DNA of 64,000 nucleotides from an uncultured Nitrospinota bacterium (GTDB lineage Bacteria; Tectomicrobia; Entotheonellia; J063; CAVPRW01): NCBI GenBank assembly GCA_963707985.1, contig CAVPRW010000031.1, positions 417,081 to 481,080 of the forward strand, read 5' to 3'. Shown piece by piece: positions 44,211 to 54,538 of this stretch (position 1 is its first letter; each line of letters starts with the position of its first letter). The notes under the pieces were generated by a model. It saw only the letters and a program-made list of their open reading frames with translations, ran no database searches and was not told where the DNA came from. The position numbers and the translations under genes were made by a program.

Positions 44211-45635
44211 ATGGACACCTCCACTCAGCACCTCGACCAGCAGGTCTCCGACCTCGATACCATCTTCCAGCTGCAGCGCGATGCCTTCCGTCGCCAACCG
44301 AATCCACCCGCGGGCGAGCGTCGGGCGCATCTGGATGCCGTATGCCGGCTGTTGCTGGAACACGGTGATGCCATTGCTGCGGCCATCGATGCCGACTTCG
44401 GCCATCGCTCTGTTCACGAAACCAGGATCCTGGAAATCTTCCCCGCACTGCAGACGGCGAAGCACGCCAGGGCACGTGTGGCGAGGTGGATGCGGCCCGA
44501 GCGCAAGTCGGTCTCGGTCTGGTTCATGCCCGGCCGCGCCCGCATCGTGAAGCAGCCGCTAGGCGTGGTCGGCATCATCGTGCCCTGGAATTATCCGCTC
44601 TATCTCGCTGTGGGACCGCTGGTCTCGGCGCTGGCGGCGGGGAACAGGGTGGTGGTCAAGATGTCCGAGTTTACGCCCCGCCTCGGGGAGCTATTCGCGC
44701 AATTGATCGAGTCCTACTTTGCCCGGGACCTCGTGGCAGTTGTGAACGGCGGTGTCGATGTCGCACAGGCCTTTGCCGCCAAACCCTTCAATCACCTTCT
44801 GTTCACCGGCTCCACAGCGGTCGGGCAGCAGGTTATGCGCGCCGCTGCGGAGAACCTCACACCGGTCACGCTGGAGCTGGGTGGCAAGTCACCTGTCATC
44901 ATCGCACCCGGCTTCCCCATAAACGTGGCAGCACGCCGCATCATCTGGGGCAAGTGCCTGAATGCCGGGCAGACCTGCATTGCGCCCGATTACGTCCTGC
45001 TGCCTGAGGCCGAGGTGCAGAGGTTCATCGACTCGGGGCGCGACGAGGTCCAGCGGTTCTACCCCGACAGCATCGCGAGTGCCGATTACAGCGCCATCAT
45101 CAATCCCCGTCACTACAGCCGCTTGCTGGGATACCTGGAGGACGCGCGGGCGAAGGGGGCGCAGGTTCTAGCACTGGCGGACGGCGAATCCGAATCGACG
45201 CGCAAGCTCCCGCCGACCATTATCACTGGGGTCAGCGATGACATGCGTGTCATGCAGGAGGAGATCTTCGGTCCGCTGCTGCCGCTGGTACCCTACCGCC
45301 ATCTCGACGAGGCGCTCGGCTATGTGGCCGAGCATCCTCGCCCACTCGCCATGTACTACTTCGACAATGAGCGAGCGCGCATCGAACGCGTGCTGCATGA
45401 TTCTATTGCCGGTGGCGTGACCGTCAACGACACGATGCTCCACATCGCCCAAGATGAGCTTCCCTTCGGCGGTGTGGGAGCGAGTGGTATGGGGCAATAC
45501 CACGGCGAGGAAGGTTTCAACACCTTCTCCAAGCGCAAGGGTGTGTTCGTGCAATCACGCCTTAATGGCCTGTCGCTGTTCAAGCCGCCCTTCGGGAGGC
45601 TCGTGGAGACGCTGTTCAAACTGATGTTGCGGTGA
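44211..45635 (+). CDS. Aldehyde dehydrogenase, coniferyl-aldehyde dehydrogenase-like
   Basis: PWNYP, FTGST, LELGGKSP, GQTCIAPDY, EEIFGP. Confidence 0.92.
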   Translation: MDTSTQHLDQQVSDLDTIFQLQRDAFRRQPNPPAGERRAHLDAVCRLLLEHGDAIAAAIDADFGHRSVHETRILEIFPALQTAKHARARVARWMRPERKSVSVWFMPGRARIVKQPLGVVGIIVPWNYPLYLAVGPLVSALAAGNRVVVKMSEFTPRLGELFAQLIESYFARDLVAVVNGGVDVAQAFAAKPFNHLLFTGSTAVGQQVMRAAAENLTPVTLELGGKSPVIIAPGFPINVAARRIIWGKCLNAGQTCIAPDYVLLPEAEVQRFIDSGRDEVQRFYPDSIASADYSAIINPRHYSRLLGYLEDARAKGAQVLALADGESESTRKLPPTIITGVSDDMRVMQEEIFGPLLPLVPYRHLDEALGYVAEHPRPLAMYYFDNERARIERVLHDSIAGGVTVNDTMLHIAQDELPFGGVGASGMGQYHGEEGFNTFSKRKGVFVQSRLNGLSLFKPPFGRLVETLFKLMLR

Positions 45636-45725
45636 TCCGCCCCGCGGCCTGCCAGGATGTCTTTCAGGAAGCTGAGACACCTACCGCTCCCAGTTTTGTC
45701 TTGAGTGGCGGTGTGATGTAGCCCT

Positions 45726-46619
45726 TTACTGCACGGCCACAGGAGCTTCGTCTGTGACGGTGACGGTGACGTCCATGCCGAGGGCGGAGGAGGTGGAACC
45801 GAAAAACGTCCCCCACAACGGTAACACCAGGCTGGGATCCCAGGCGACGGCGACACGAATAAGGTTGCGGTTACCGATCGTGCTGTTGGTCGGATCAAAA
45901 TCTACCCACCCGGCACCCGGCAGGTACACCTGCATCCATGCATGCGTTGCACCACCTCCTACAGCGCTGCCAGTATCCAAATTGGGAACAAAGATATAGC
46001 CACTGACGAAACGAGCAGCCAGACCAAGCGAACGTGTGGCTTCCATCATCAACACAGCAAAATCTCGGCAACTACCACGACGACTCTGTAGCGTTTCATT
46101 CGGACTCTGTATCCCCTTCTCACTGCGCCGTGTATAGATAAACTCGTCCTTGATGGCCAGTGTGATGGACCGCAGCAAGCTCATGGTTTCGATGGTCCCA
46201 GACGGGTCCTGGAACTGACTCACCCACTGTGCCACATCATCGCTTGGGTAGTGGTGGGCCAACGCACGTGCGAGGTTCGGCAATTCGTTGTCCGAGTATC
46301 GGAAGGGGTAGGTTTGCGCATATTCCTCGAGCGGATAGTCCGGCAGCGTGATTTCGACGTGCTCAAGGGTCACCACGCTATCAAAACGAAGTTCGACCGT
46401 CGAGCCGTTGAAGGTCGCGATGGCAATGGAGTTGTCGAATACATCATGGAGCCAGCGCAGACGAGTGGGTCGGGGATTGATATCCAACCGCGCTCCGAGG
46501 AGTCTGAGGTCGTGACTTTCTCGAGGCCGGAACATCATGCGATGCTCTCCCAATTCGACCGGCTCCGAGTAACGATACACCGTGAGGTGACGAACAGTAA
46601 AGGGCATATTAAAGTCCAT
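45726..46619 (-). CDS. Transglutaminase-like protein
   Basis: GSCRDFA, ARFVSGY, HAW, FDPTN. Confidence 0.92.
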   Translation of the reverse strand: MDFNMPFTVRHLTVYRYSEPVELGEHRMMFRPRESHDLRLLGARLDINPRPTRLRWLHDVFDNSIAIATFNGSTVELRFDSVVTLEHVEITLPDYPLEEYAQTYPFRYSDNELPNLARALAHHYPSDDVAQWVSQFQDPSGTIETMSLLRSITLAIKDEFIYTRRSEKGIQSPNETLQSRRGSCRDFAVLMMEATRSLGLAARFVSGYIFVPNLDTGSAVGGGATHAWMQVYLPGAGWVDFDPTNSTIGNRNLIRVAVAWDPSLVLPLWGTFFGSTSSALGMDVTVTVTDEAPVAVQ

Positions 46620-46621
46620 TC

Positions 46622-47458
46622 TCAGGATTGAGATGGAGCCGACTCACCATTCTCGCCGACTTCCTCGGCCACGACCGTGAAGCGCTCCAATGTGTTCGGT
46701 CCGAAGGTCGTGGTGATGGCGACATCAGCCGCATCGCGACCTCGAGCAATGAGTACTCGTCCGATACGTGGAACGTTGTTCCGAGGATCAAAAGTATACC
46801 AGCGGCCACCGAGGTACACTTCCATCCAGGCGGCAAAATCCATGACGCCATAGGGGGGCGGAATTCCGATGTCGCCAAGATAACCGGTGCAGTACCGTGC
46901 TGGAATATTCATACAGCGGCACAGAGCCACGGCAAGGTGGGTATAGTCGCGGCAGACTCCTGTGCGCTCGTTGAATGCTTCAACGGCCGTTTTCGTGAAG
47001 CGCGCATACTCATACCCGAACGTGATGTGGTGATGGACGTAATCGCAGATCGCCTGAACACGAGCCCATCCGGGCGGCGCTTTGGCGAATAAGTCCCAAG
47101 CCACCTGCGACAGCAAATCGGTTTCACAGTAGCGGCTCCCTCGCAGGAAGACGAGCGTCTCTTCAGGCAAATCCTCCACCGCATACTGTGGAGCGGAGGG
47201 CACCACCACATCTGGCTGGCCGGAGTCTCTTAACACCCCGCGACCGGTTAATCGAATCTGGCCGGCCGGGGCCACGATTCGGTTGCACCAGTTTCCGAAG
47301 AGGTCGCGATACGCCGTGATCGGAACTGAGGGTTCGGTGGTGAGGTAATCGGGAATGACCATGTCCGAGGCGCGCGAGTAATGAACGTTTACTATCAGTA
47401 TCATCGGCGCCCCTTGAGGACAGTTGTAGATGAATTCATAGCCGACACGGATTTGCAT
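46622..47458 (-). CDS. Transglutaminase-like protein
   Basis: SRYCE, GVCRDY, PARYCTGYLGD, FDPRNN, GRDAAD. Confidence 0.92.
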   Translation of the reverse strand: MQIRVGYEFIYNCPQGAPMILIVNVHYSRASDMVIPDYLTTEPSVPITAYRDLFGNWCNRIVAPAGQIRLTGRGVLRDSGQPDVVVPSAPQYAVEDLPEETLVFLRGSRYCETDLLSQVAWDLFAKAPPGWARVQAICDYVHHHITFGYEYARFTKTAVEAFNERTGVCRDYTHLAVALCRCMNIPARYCTGYLGDIGIPPPYGVMDFAAWMEVYLGGRWYTFDPRNNVPRIGRVLIARGRDAADVAITTTFGPNTLERFTVVAEEVGENGESAPSQS

Positions 47459-48088
47459 TGAGGTTCCGCCTTCTTAACGTTCGCTACCTCATGACCCCAC
47501 AAAGTTGGACCGTTTTAGGGTGCTTCTAACTTCATCGATACCGTGATGCTCTGCTGTTGCGTGAGTGATTGGGAGGCGCACGCGTTGCAGGCGCTTGGGG
47601 CTCAGCTCGTCGCACTGCCCCGAGCCCACGCCTGCGGTCATGCCGCCTCCCCAGCCGGAGCCGGAGGGCTGATAGGGTCAGTGTAGGGCGTCGGAACATC
47701 AAGCGCTTGACTTGGAGAGCGTTTGACACCTTCCATCGGATTGAGTGGTAGACCGGTGGGACGCATGGGGTGAGGTCAGCCAAGTGCTTGATCTTCCGTC
47801 GACACGGTATATGTGATGGGACGATTGGTCAAGGTCTATTATCGATAAAATCAATATATCACAATGTTACCACTCAATGCGGGGGAATCTGACAAATCCC
47901 TCTACCCATCACTGTGATTCATGCGGTGGGGAAGCCCTACGTCCGCCAGTTCACGGGAGAGCCCGTCAGTCGGTAGTGGTACTGCATGCGGTGAGCGGGG
48001 TATAGTGCCGGCTTGTGGCTGGGCTTGTAGGCGTATGGATGAACTTTACCGGCAGGAGGGTTGACACGATGAGCCGGAGAAGTTCCTC

Positions 48089-48175
48089 ATTTACGTCGTG
48101 GCCTGGACACCAAACAGCGACGCCTACGGAGAGGATTTGCTGCGGCAGCACCTGGAGCGGTTCCACCACCAATAG
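48089..48175 (+). pseudogene. Relic resembling a DUF3500 C-terminus
   Basis: IYVVAWTPNSDAYGEDLLRQHLERFHHQ followed by a stop. Confidence 0.45.
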
Positions 48176-48347
48176 GACAAACCCTCCCGGCGCTCTACTG
48201 GAGCCTCAGTAGACGATTCTGCCCAGGCTTGCCGGCGTTGAACGCACGTCACGACGCATCTCGATGGGTCCCGGCGTGCAGGCTTTGCTGCACGCCGGGG
48301 ATGTGCCAGCAGGGCGCGACACGGCGGTGACGAGCAACTCGACTCGC

Positions 48348-48764
48348 CTAGGATCGTCGATCGATGGACGCGACCGTCCGCCCGCGCGGCCCGACATAGA
48401 CCGACTCCGGGCGGATGAGGAGGTTGTCAGCGAATTGCTCCAAGACATGGGCGGTCCAGCCGGCTGTGCGGCCGATGGCAAAGGTCGGCGTAAAGATCTC
48501 GGACGGGATGTCAACAGCGTGAAGGATGAGCGCGGCATACAACTCGACGTTGGCATACAGGTCGCGGCCCGATCCTTCTTGCCAATGGAAGGCATATTTT
48601 CGTTGCCGGCCATCTAAGATAATGTCGCGAACATGCAATTCGCTGCCATTGGCGAAGATTATTTTGAGCTTCAATCGGCGGTTGAGGTCTGCGATCTCGA
48701 ACTGAACTACTTCGTAGGAGCGAATGATATCCGAGAAGCGGGTGAGAACCTCATGCAGCCGCAT
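48348..48764 (-). pseudogene. In-frame chimera: DUF6516/TumE-like toxin N-terminus + citrate synthase C-terminus
   Basis: ...GSELHVRD...RKYAFHWQ joined near 48570 to LYANVELYAA...FTPTFAIGRTAGWTAHVLEQ...LIRP. Confidence 0.75.
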
Positions 48765-49071
48765 GGCGCAAAATCTCTATGCGCTCTTGCCAGAGCTGGA
48801 GGGCTCGTTCAGCAAATTCCCAATCTGCTAAATCATCTTCTCTGGTAAAATCCTCGAGCCCTCTCATGTCCTCTATGCTTTTCTGGAATGCATCGAGCGG
48901 CTGGCCATACTTTCGACGGAAATGCGCACATTCCCGTTCATAAGCACTGACCTTGGATAAGGCCACCGTGAGCGACACCTCCCAGGCGGCTGCCTCAAGG
49001 GAGGAGAACCGCCCTGCAGCAAGTGCCTCCGCCATCACTTCACGAACCTCCGCCGAAAAGGGTTTCTCCAT
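48751..49071 (-). CDS. Putative antitoxin partner of the DUF6516-like gene
   Basis: FRRKYG..LDAF...EDFTREDDLADWEFA; overlaps the start of the downstream gene. Confidence 0.6.
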   Translation of the reverse strand: MEKPFSAEVREVMAEALAAGRFSSLEAAAWEVSLTVALSKVSAYERECAHFRRKYGQPLDAFQKSIEDMRGLEDFTREDDLADWEFAERALQLWQERIEILRHAAA

Positions 49072-49385
49072 TCTCGGGCCTTTCTCTCTAAAACGACCGC
49101 ATCGGTTGCAAGAGCCTCACCATCCCCCGGCCCTACTTTTGCGACATACTCTGTTCCAGGGCGGATGGTGGTATGGATGGTAAAGTTCAAATATTATACA
49201 TGAACGTTACTCATGCCCGGCCATGAAACTTGTGGGATCGCTGTGACCCCAGGGGCGGTAAAATGCTAGGCGTGGGAAGGCCGGTTGTAGTACACTAGCG
49301 GCAGCGGAGGATCGAGGCTGCACGGGTATAGGTACCCTAGTTTTGGTAAAGCTTCTGTGTCACAGATAGATGGGGGATCACAGGC

Positions 49386-49910
49386 ATGCCTAAAGTCACT
49401 ATGGTACAACATGTCAACGTGCAGATCAGCGATCGGCAACGAACGAGAGAATGGTACGAGAAGGTCCTGGGCGCTAGATTCCGTGATAGAGGACCGGAGC
49501 GCAACAAGGGTCAGTTGCAGTTACACATAGGCAACGCAGAGATGCACTTTTCCGAGATGGACGACCCGATCATTTCTGCCCGTGCCCACTTTGCCCTGGA
49601 AGTGGAGAATTGGGACGAGATGCTCGCCCACCTTGACGCGCTGGGCATCGAATACTCCCGTGCTGGGCAGGGCACCATGAGCCCTGGTGGGACAGGAGAC
49701 GACCAGCGTTGGGGCAAGCGCAACGATACCGGTGAGCACTACACCTATATCCACGACCCGGATGGCAACCGCATAGAGCTGGTGTACCACCCGCTGGGAC
49801 TCGTCGATGCCGACGGCAACAGGGTCGAGGTACCGACCCACCCCCGCGGGGTGCGTTGGCGCCAGCTACCCGAGGTCGAAGCGGCCCTGGGGACAGGCTC
49901 GGCATCATAG
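49386..49910 (+). CDS. VOC/glyoxalase family protein
   Basis: HVN, WYEKVLG, HFAL, YIHDPDGNRIEL. Confidence 0.9.
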   Translation: MPKVTMVQHVNVQISDRQRTREWYEKVLGARFRDRGPERNKGQLQLHIGNAEMHFSEMDDPIISARAHFALEVENWDEMLAHLDALGIEYSRAGQGTMSPGGTGDDQRWGKRNDTGEHYTYIHDPDGNRIELVYHPLGLVDADGNRVEVPTHPRGVRWRQLPEVEAALGTGSAS

Positions 49911-50706
49911 AGACGCAGGAACAAACTGGGTCGGACAATCCAGAGGGTGCGACCATGCGATGGATGGCCAGGCGTGTATCTCCCCGATCTTGCCTAAGGG
50001 GTCTGTCGAGCTTTGCCATCGCAACTAACAGGACGGCATGTGGTCGTTTCCTTCTGTGATGAAGATCGCTGTCTTGCCTCACCAGTCCATCCGGCTGCAG
50101 ATGGCCTGGGGCATCCTCAGAACGGTGCGGGGCCCATCAATGGAAGGGGGTGATCATTGGGGTGAGCGGCTGCTCTCGTCCTGGCGCGGACACTCCTTAA
50201 GCCCATAGTTTGACGGATGAGGGCTTCAGCCCAGGTTTGGTCCTCTGGGGAAAGGGGCGGAACACAGGGGATCGCATAGTTCGGGCGCTCAGCATAGCCT
50301 CCGGCTTCATAGGTATGAGCCAGCACGGCCTGAATGTCGAGCACAATATCTGGATCGGGCTCAGCCAGCGGCAAGCGGATGCGCGGCAGGCGTTCGCGCA
50401 CGCGTCGTGGATACAATTGAAACCGATCGCGCAGACCGACGGCTTGGTTGATACACACGAGGTAATCATATGGCCCATGCGCGCGGGCGGCCCATTCGGG
50501 AACGGCGACTATGTGGGGGCCAGTCTGCAGCAAGTCGATTTCAACGAGGTGCGCGTTGCTCTGCCGCATTTCGGTTTGCTTGGCCACATACGATAACCGA
50601 CCTGGGCCATCATATTTGTTGGTAGGGCTGACCAGCTCGATCACCGTGACAATCCGTTGGCCGGACTGACGATCACGAATGGTGACATACGTCTCCTCGA
50701 TCTCTA

Positions 50707-51962
50707 AGTACAGCTCGTCATGATTGAGTATCCAAAATTAGGCGGCTATGGCAGGGACCTCGGCCATGACCTTGGCCACCGATTTCGTGGACCAGTTGAA
50801 TGGATGCGCGTGCTGATTCCACTCACGAATGAACTGTCCAATCTTCGCTTGGAGGTGCTCTTTCGATTCGAAATCGGCGATGCGCAAGCGTTTGCGTTGC
50901 AAGATGCTGAACCACTGCTCCACCTGATTCATCCACGAGCAATGAACCGGTGTGAAGTGAAAGGCAAAGCGTGGGTGTTTCACCAACCATTGGCGGACTT
51001 CTTTGCCATGATGCGTGCTGACATTATCGCACACGAGATGAATCGTCTCGATGCTTTGGTCAATCTCCGCGTCCAACTGTTCAAGAAAGGTGATGAACTC
51101 TTGCTGACGCTTGCGTGGGTAACATTGCCCAAAGACTGTTCCCGAACGGGTATCGAAGGCAGCAAATAAATTCAAGGCCCCACTGCGTTTGTATTCATGC
51201 TCATGCCGGTTGGGCAGGTTCCCCGGCTGGGCGGGCTGCGTGGGATGCAGACGACAACGGGGCTGCAACGAGGTCTTCTCATCAACGGACAGGACCATCT
51301 CATCATCATGCAGTGGACGCGTGTAGAGGTCGATGAGTTCGGCGATGGTCGCATAAAAGGTGGCGTCCCGTGGTTTCTTGGGATAGAGCCAGAGATGATG
51401 GCGCCAAGGCTTGAGGTGATGGTAGGCCAGAATCCGACGCACGGTGGCGGCAGAGATGTCCTCAACGATCCCCTCCGCGATGAGTTGGTGCGCCAGTTCG
51501 GCGCAATCCCACTGGGACAGGCTGCGGCCCAGCGTATCCGGACGCTCGCAGGCCAGACGCACGACGTGGATCGCGACCTCCGGGGGGAAAACCGCCCTTG
51601 GCTCCGCGGCCAGGGGCGTCAGAGAGGCCATCCAGGCGCTGGGCGAGAAACCGCTTGGCCCACTTGCGGACGACGGCCCGTTGCACCCCAACCGACTGAG
51701 CCACGTCGGATTGGGAGTGCCCAGCCGCCAGCAACAGGATGATTTTCCCCCGGCGTGCCAGCCCTGCCGCCATGGTGGTCGAACGTTGCCACCGTTCCAA
51801 GGTCTGGTGCTCTTCGGGGGATAAGGCAATGCGCAACGATGACTTGCGGCCGCGTACCATAGTGATCTCCTTCCAGCAGTGCGGTTGTGGCTGGGCCAGA
51901 GATACCGGCATGCGTCCTCAAAGTCAAGCAAATTTGGGTAGTTTTTCATGACGAGCTGTACT
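50707..51962 (-). mobile_element. IS630-family insertion sequence (1256 bp)
   Basis: Perfect 17-bp TIR AGTACAGCTCGTCATGA; TA duplicated at 50705-50706 and 51963-51964; empty site CTAG. Confidence 0.95.
50738..51860 (-). CDS. IS630 transposase (two frames joined at TTTTCCCCCC, 51591-51582)
   Basis: HTH N-part MVRGRK...; DDE part VDEK, CDNVSTH, SWMNQVEQWF. Confidence 0.9.
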
Positions 51963-52542
51963 TAGGGTGCGACTTGGACTTCGACTGCCGGCTCGGCTTC
52001 CAGCGTAACGCCAGTGTCACGGGGCATCTCAGGTCGAGTCGGCCGTACCCACGCCTCGGGAATGATCGGATGGTCGGTGTCAGGCCCTTCCACGAACACA
52101 CGTGACTCGACAGCAATCACGCAGCGCGGCCGAAGAAGGGGGCGGAGGTGCTCACGCAGGCACACAACAAAGCTGGCGTGAACATCTGGCCACAGCAATG
52201 GCTCTTCCAAATGCGGATCCATTCCGGGGAAGATCATGGCCAATCTTCCTTTCGAGGCACGACCTTTGTCGCACGACATGAACACCGGGAAGAATAAACC
52301 ATATTTTTTCCTCCGCGTCACCTGTATCCCGCCAATTTTCAAAAAGGCCGTTGGAGGGCACTCCACACGAGTCCCGCCGTGTGATCCATGAGGGCGCCAG
52401 ATAGCCTCCACCCCTCACCAAGATCGCACTCATCCCTTCTCGCTGCGCAGATTTGACCAGTACGTTCAGCTTGGGACAGGTTGTGAACCACCTGATCCCG
52501 CAAGCGACATTGCCCGTCCCCACGCTGTTGAACCGTCCCCGC

Positions 52543-52652
52543 TGTGTCATCCTACACAGTAGCTCCTTGCCTCTGTGCTCCGATGCAGTGCTAATTATCG
52601 CAACCATTGCAATGTGTTAACTTTGATGACACAGGTTGGTATCGCTCTTGCT
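52543..52652 (+). promoter_or_regulatory. Candidate sigma54 promoter with upstream activator site
   Basis: TTGGTATCGCTCTTGCT (GG-N10-GC, 52636-52652); TGT-N10-ACA at 52543-52558. Confidence 0.55.
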
Positions 52653-52853
52653 CGGGCGGCAAATCGGGCGACCGGGAATACGCCATCGTGGCATGGACGA
52701 GTGGGAAGGGGAAAGGCTCGAAGGCATGCCCCAGTCTCCCGCCTGGCTCCTGACTGGTGTGGATGGTGGGCTCATGCGCCGACTATGGCACACCAGGTGG
52801 GCGCTGGACAAGCCGCTCAACAAGTTGACGATGCCCAAGGGAGGCCTCCCTCG

Positions 52854-54438
52854 ATGGCAAACAAATCTAATCCTGCCACGCAAACGATTTCCATACCGCA
52901 GGGTGGTGGCGCCCTGCACGGCATCGGCGAAACATTTTCACCTGACCTCCATACGGGGACCGGCAACTTCACCGTACCCATCGCCATGCCGCCGGGACGG
53001 AACGGATTCCAACCACAGCTCAGCCTGGTCTACAGCACCGGCAATGGCAATGGGCCGTATGGCTTGGGGTGGAGCCTGACGATTCCTGGCGTGAGTCGGA
53101 AGACCTCAAAAGGGATTCCCCGTTATCGAAACGACCCGAGCGCACGACAGGAAGGCGATACATTCATCCTCTCGGGAGCAGAGGATCTCATCCCTGTTAG
53201 CCGAAACAGGTGGCATCACGCGCTACCGACCGAGAACGGAAGGACTCTTCGCCCGGATTGAACACCATGCGACCCCAGAGACCGATCATTGGGAGGTGCG
53301 AAGCAAGGACGGCCTGGTCAGTGTGTACGGAACGCCGTTCACCTTGCCTGACGACCCAGCCGCCATTGCCAATCCGGAGAATCGAGCCGAGGTGTTCAGT
53401 TGGCAACTCACGAAGACGGTCGATCCCTTCGGCAACACCATTCAGTACGAGTATGAACGAGATTCGGGCGACACCGCCGACCATCACTGGGACCAGCTCT
53501 ATCTGAAACGGATTCAGTATGCGGACTACACGGAGCTTGGCACCGATGGCAACCCCGTCGACAAGTTCCTGGTCTCCGTCACGTTTGTCTATGAAGAACG
53601 GCCCGATCCGTTCTCGGATCATCGCGCCGGATTCGAGATCCGCACCCGCCGACGCTGCACCAGCATTGAGATCCGCACCCACGCCGACCGCGAACGCCTG
53701 GTCCGCACCTATCGCTTGATCTACCTCGATCAACGCGGGCTGCCCATTGAACAGCCCCCCCTGAACGCGGTATCCCTTCTCAGTCAAGTCCTCGTCGAGG
53801 GCCACGACGGCGAGCGCCGCGAGTCGCTGCCGCCGCTGGAATTCGGCTACACGGCTTTCGAGCCGTCGCAGCGGCGCTACCAGCCGTTCACCGGCGCAGG
53901 CGGATTCGAGGCCGGAGCGCTCACTCGGCCATCCCGAATACGAGTTGGTCGATCTGATCGGCAACGGTTTGCCCACCGTGTGGAGTTCAACGAGCAGGTG
54001 CGCTACTGGCGCAACCTCGGCAATGGCCAGTTCGACCTCATGCGCACCATGGAGACGGCTCCGGCGGGAGTGCGGTTGAGCGCACCGGGGGTACAACTGC
54101 TCGACGCCAACGGCAATGGCCGGGCCGATCTGATGGTGATCGAGGGGCTGCGCAACGGCTATTACCCGCTCACCTTCGACGGCCAGTGGAATGAGCGCGG
54201 ATTCGTGCGCTACCGCAGTGCACCGACGATCAATCTCGACGCGCCGGACGTGCGCCTCGCCGGCATGCTGGGCACCGGTACCGGCGGCATTCTGTGGACC
54301 TATGATTTCGGGGCGTTTCCCGATAGCACCTACAAGTTTCTGGATTTGACGGGCGGGGTCAAACCCTATGTGCTCGATCGGAATGTCATTATCTATATGG
54401 ATCAAGCCTTGAATTATGAAGCTGCACTTGAACGATAA
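52854..54438 (+). pseudogene. SpvB/TcaC(TcB) N-terminal domain toxin-complex gene; frameshifted, internally deleted and truncated
   Basis: GGGALHGIGETF.PDLHTGTG, YSTGNGNGPYGLGW, DPFS..RAGFEIRT.RRC, FG-GAP-like LLDANGNGRADL. Confidence 0.88.
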
Positions 54439-54538
54439 TCTATCTGCTCAGGGAGAATCACATGGCTATTGACGTGGATCAGCTGATATTGGACATCAAG
54501 AATATCTCTACTCAAATACTGAATAAGGAGGGTGTGTC

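Larger units (their letters stand above)
50117..52243 (-). pseudogene. DUF4058-family gene interrupted by IS630
   Basis: N-part FPGMDPHLE...WPDVH (51963-52243); C-part VTVIELVSPTNK...HLVEIDLL (50117-50706). Confidence 0.88.
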
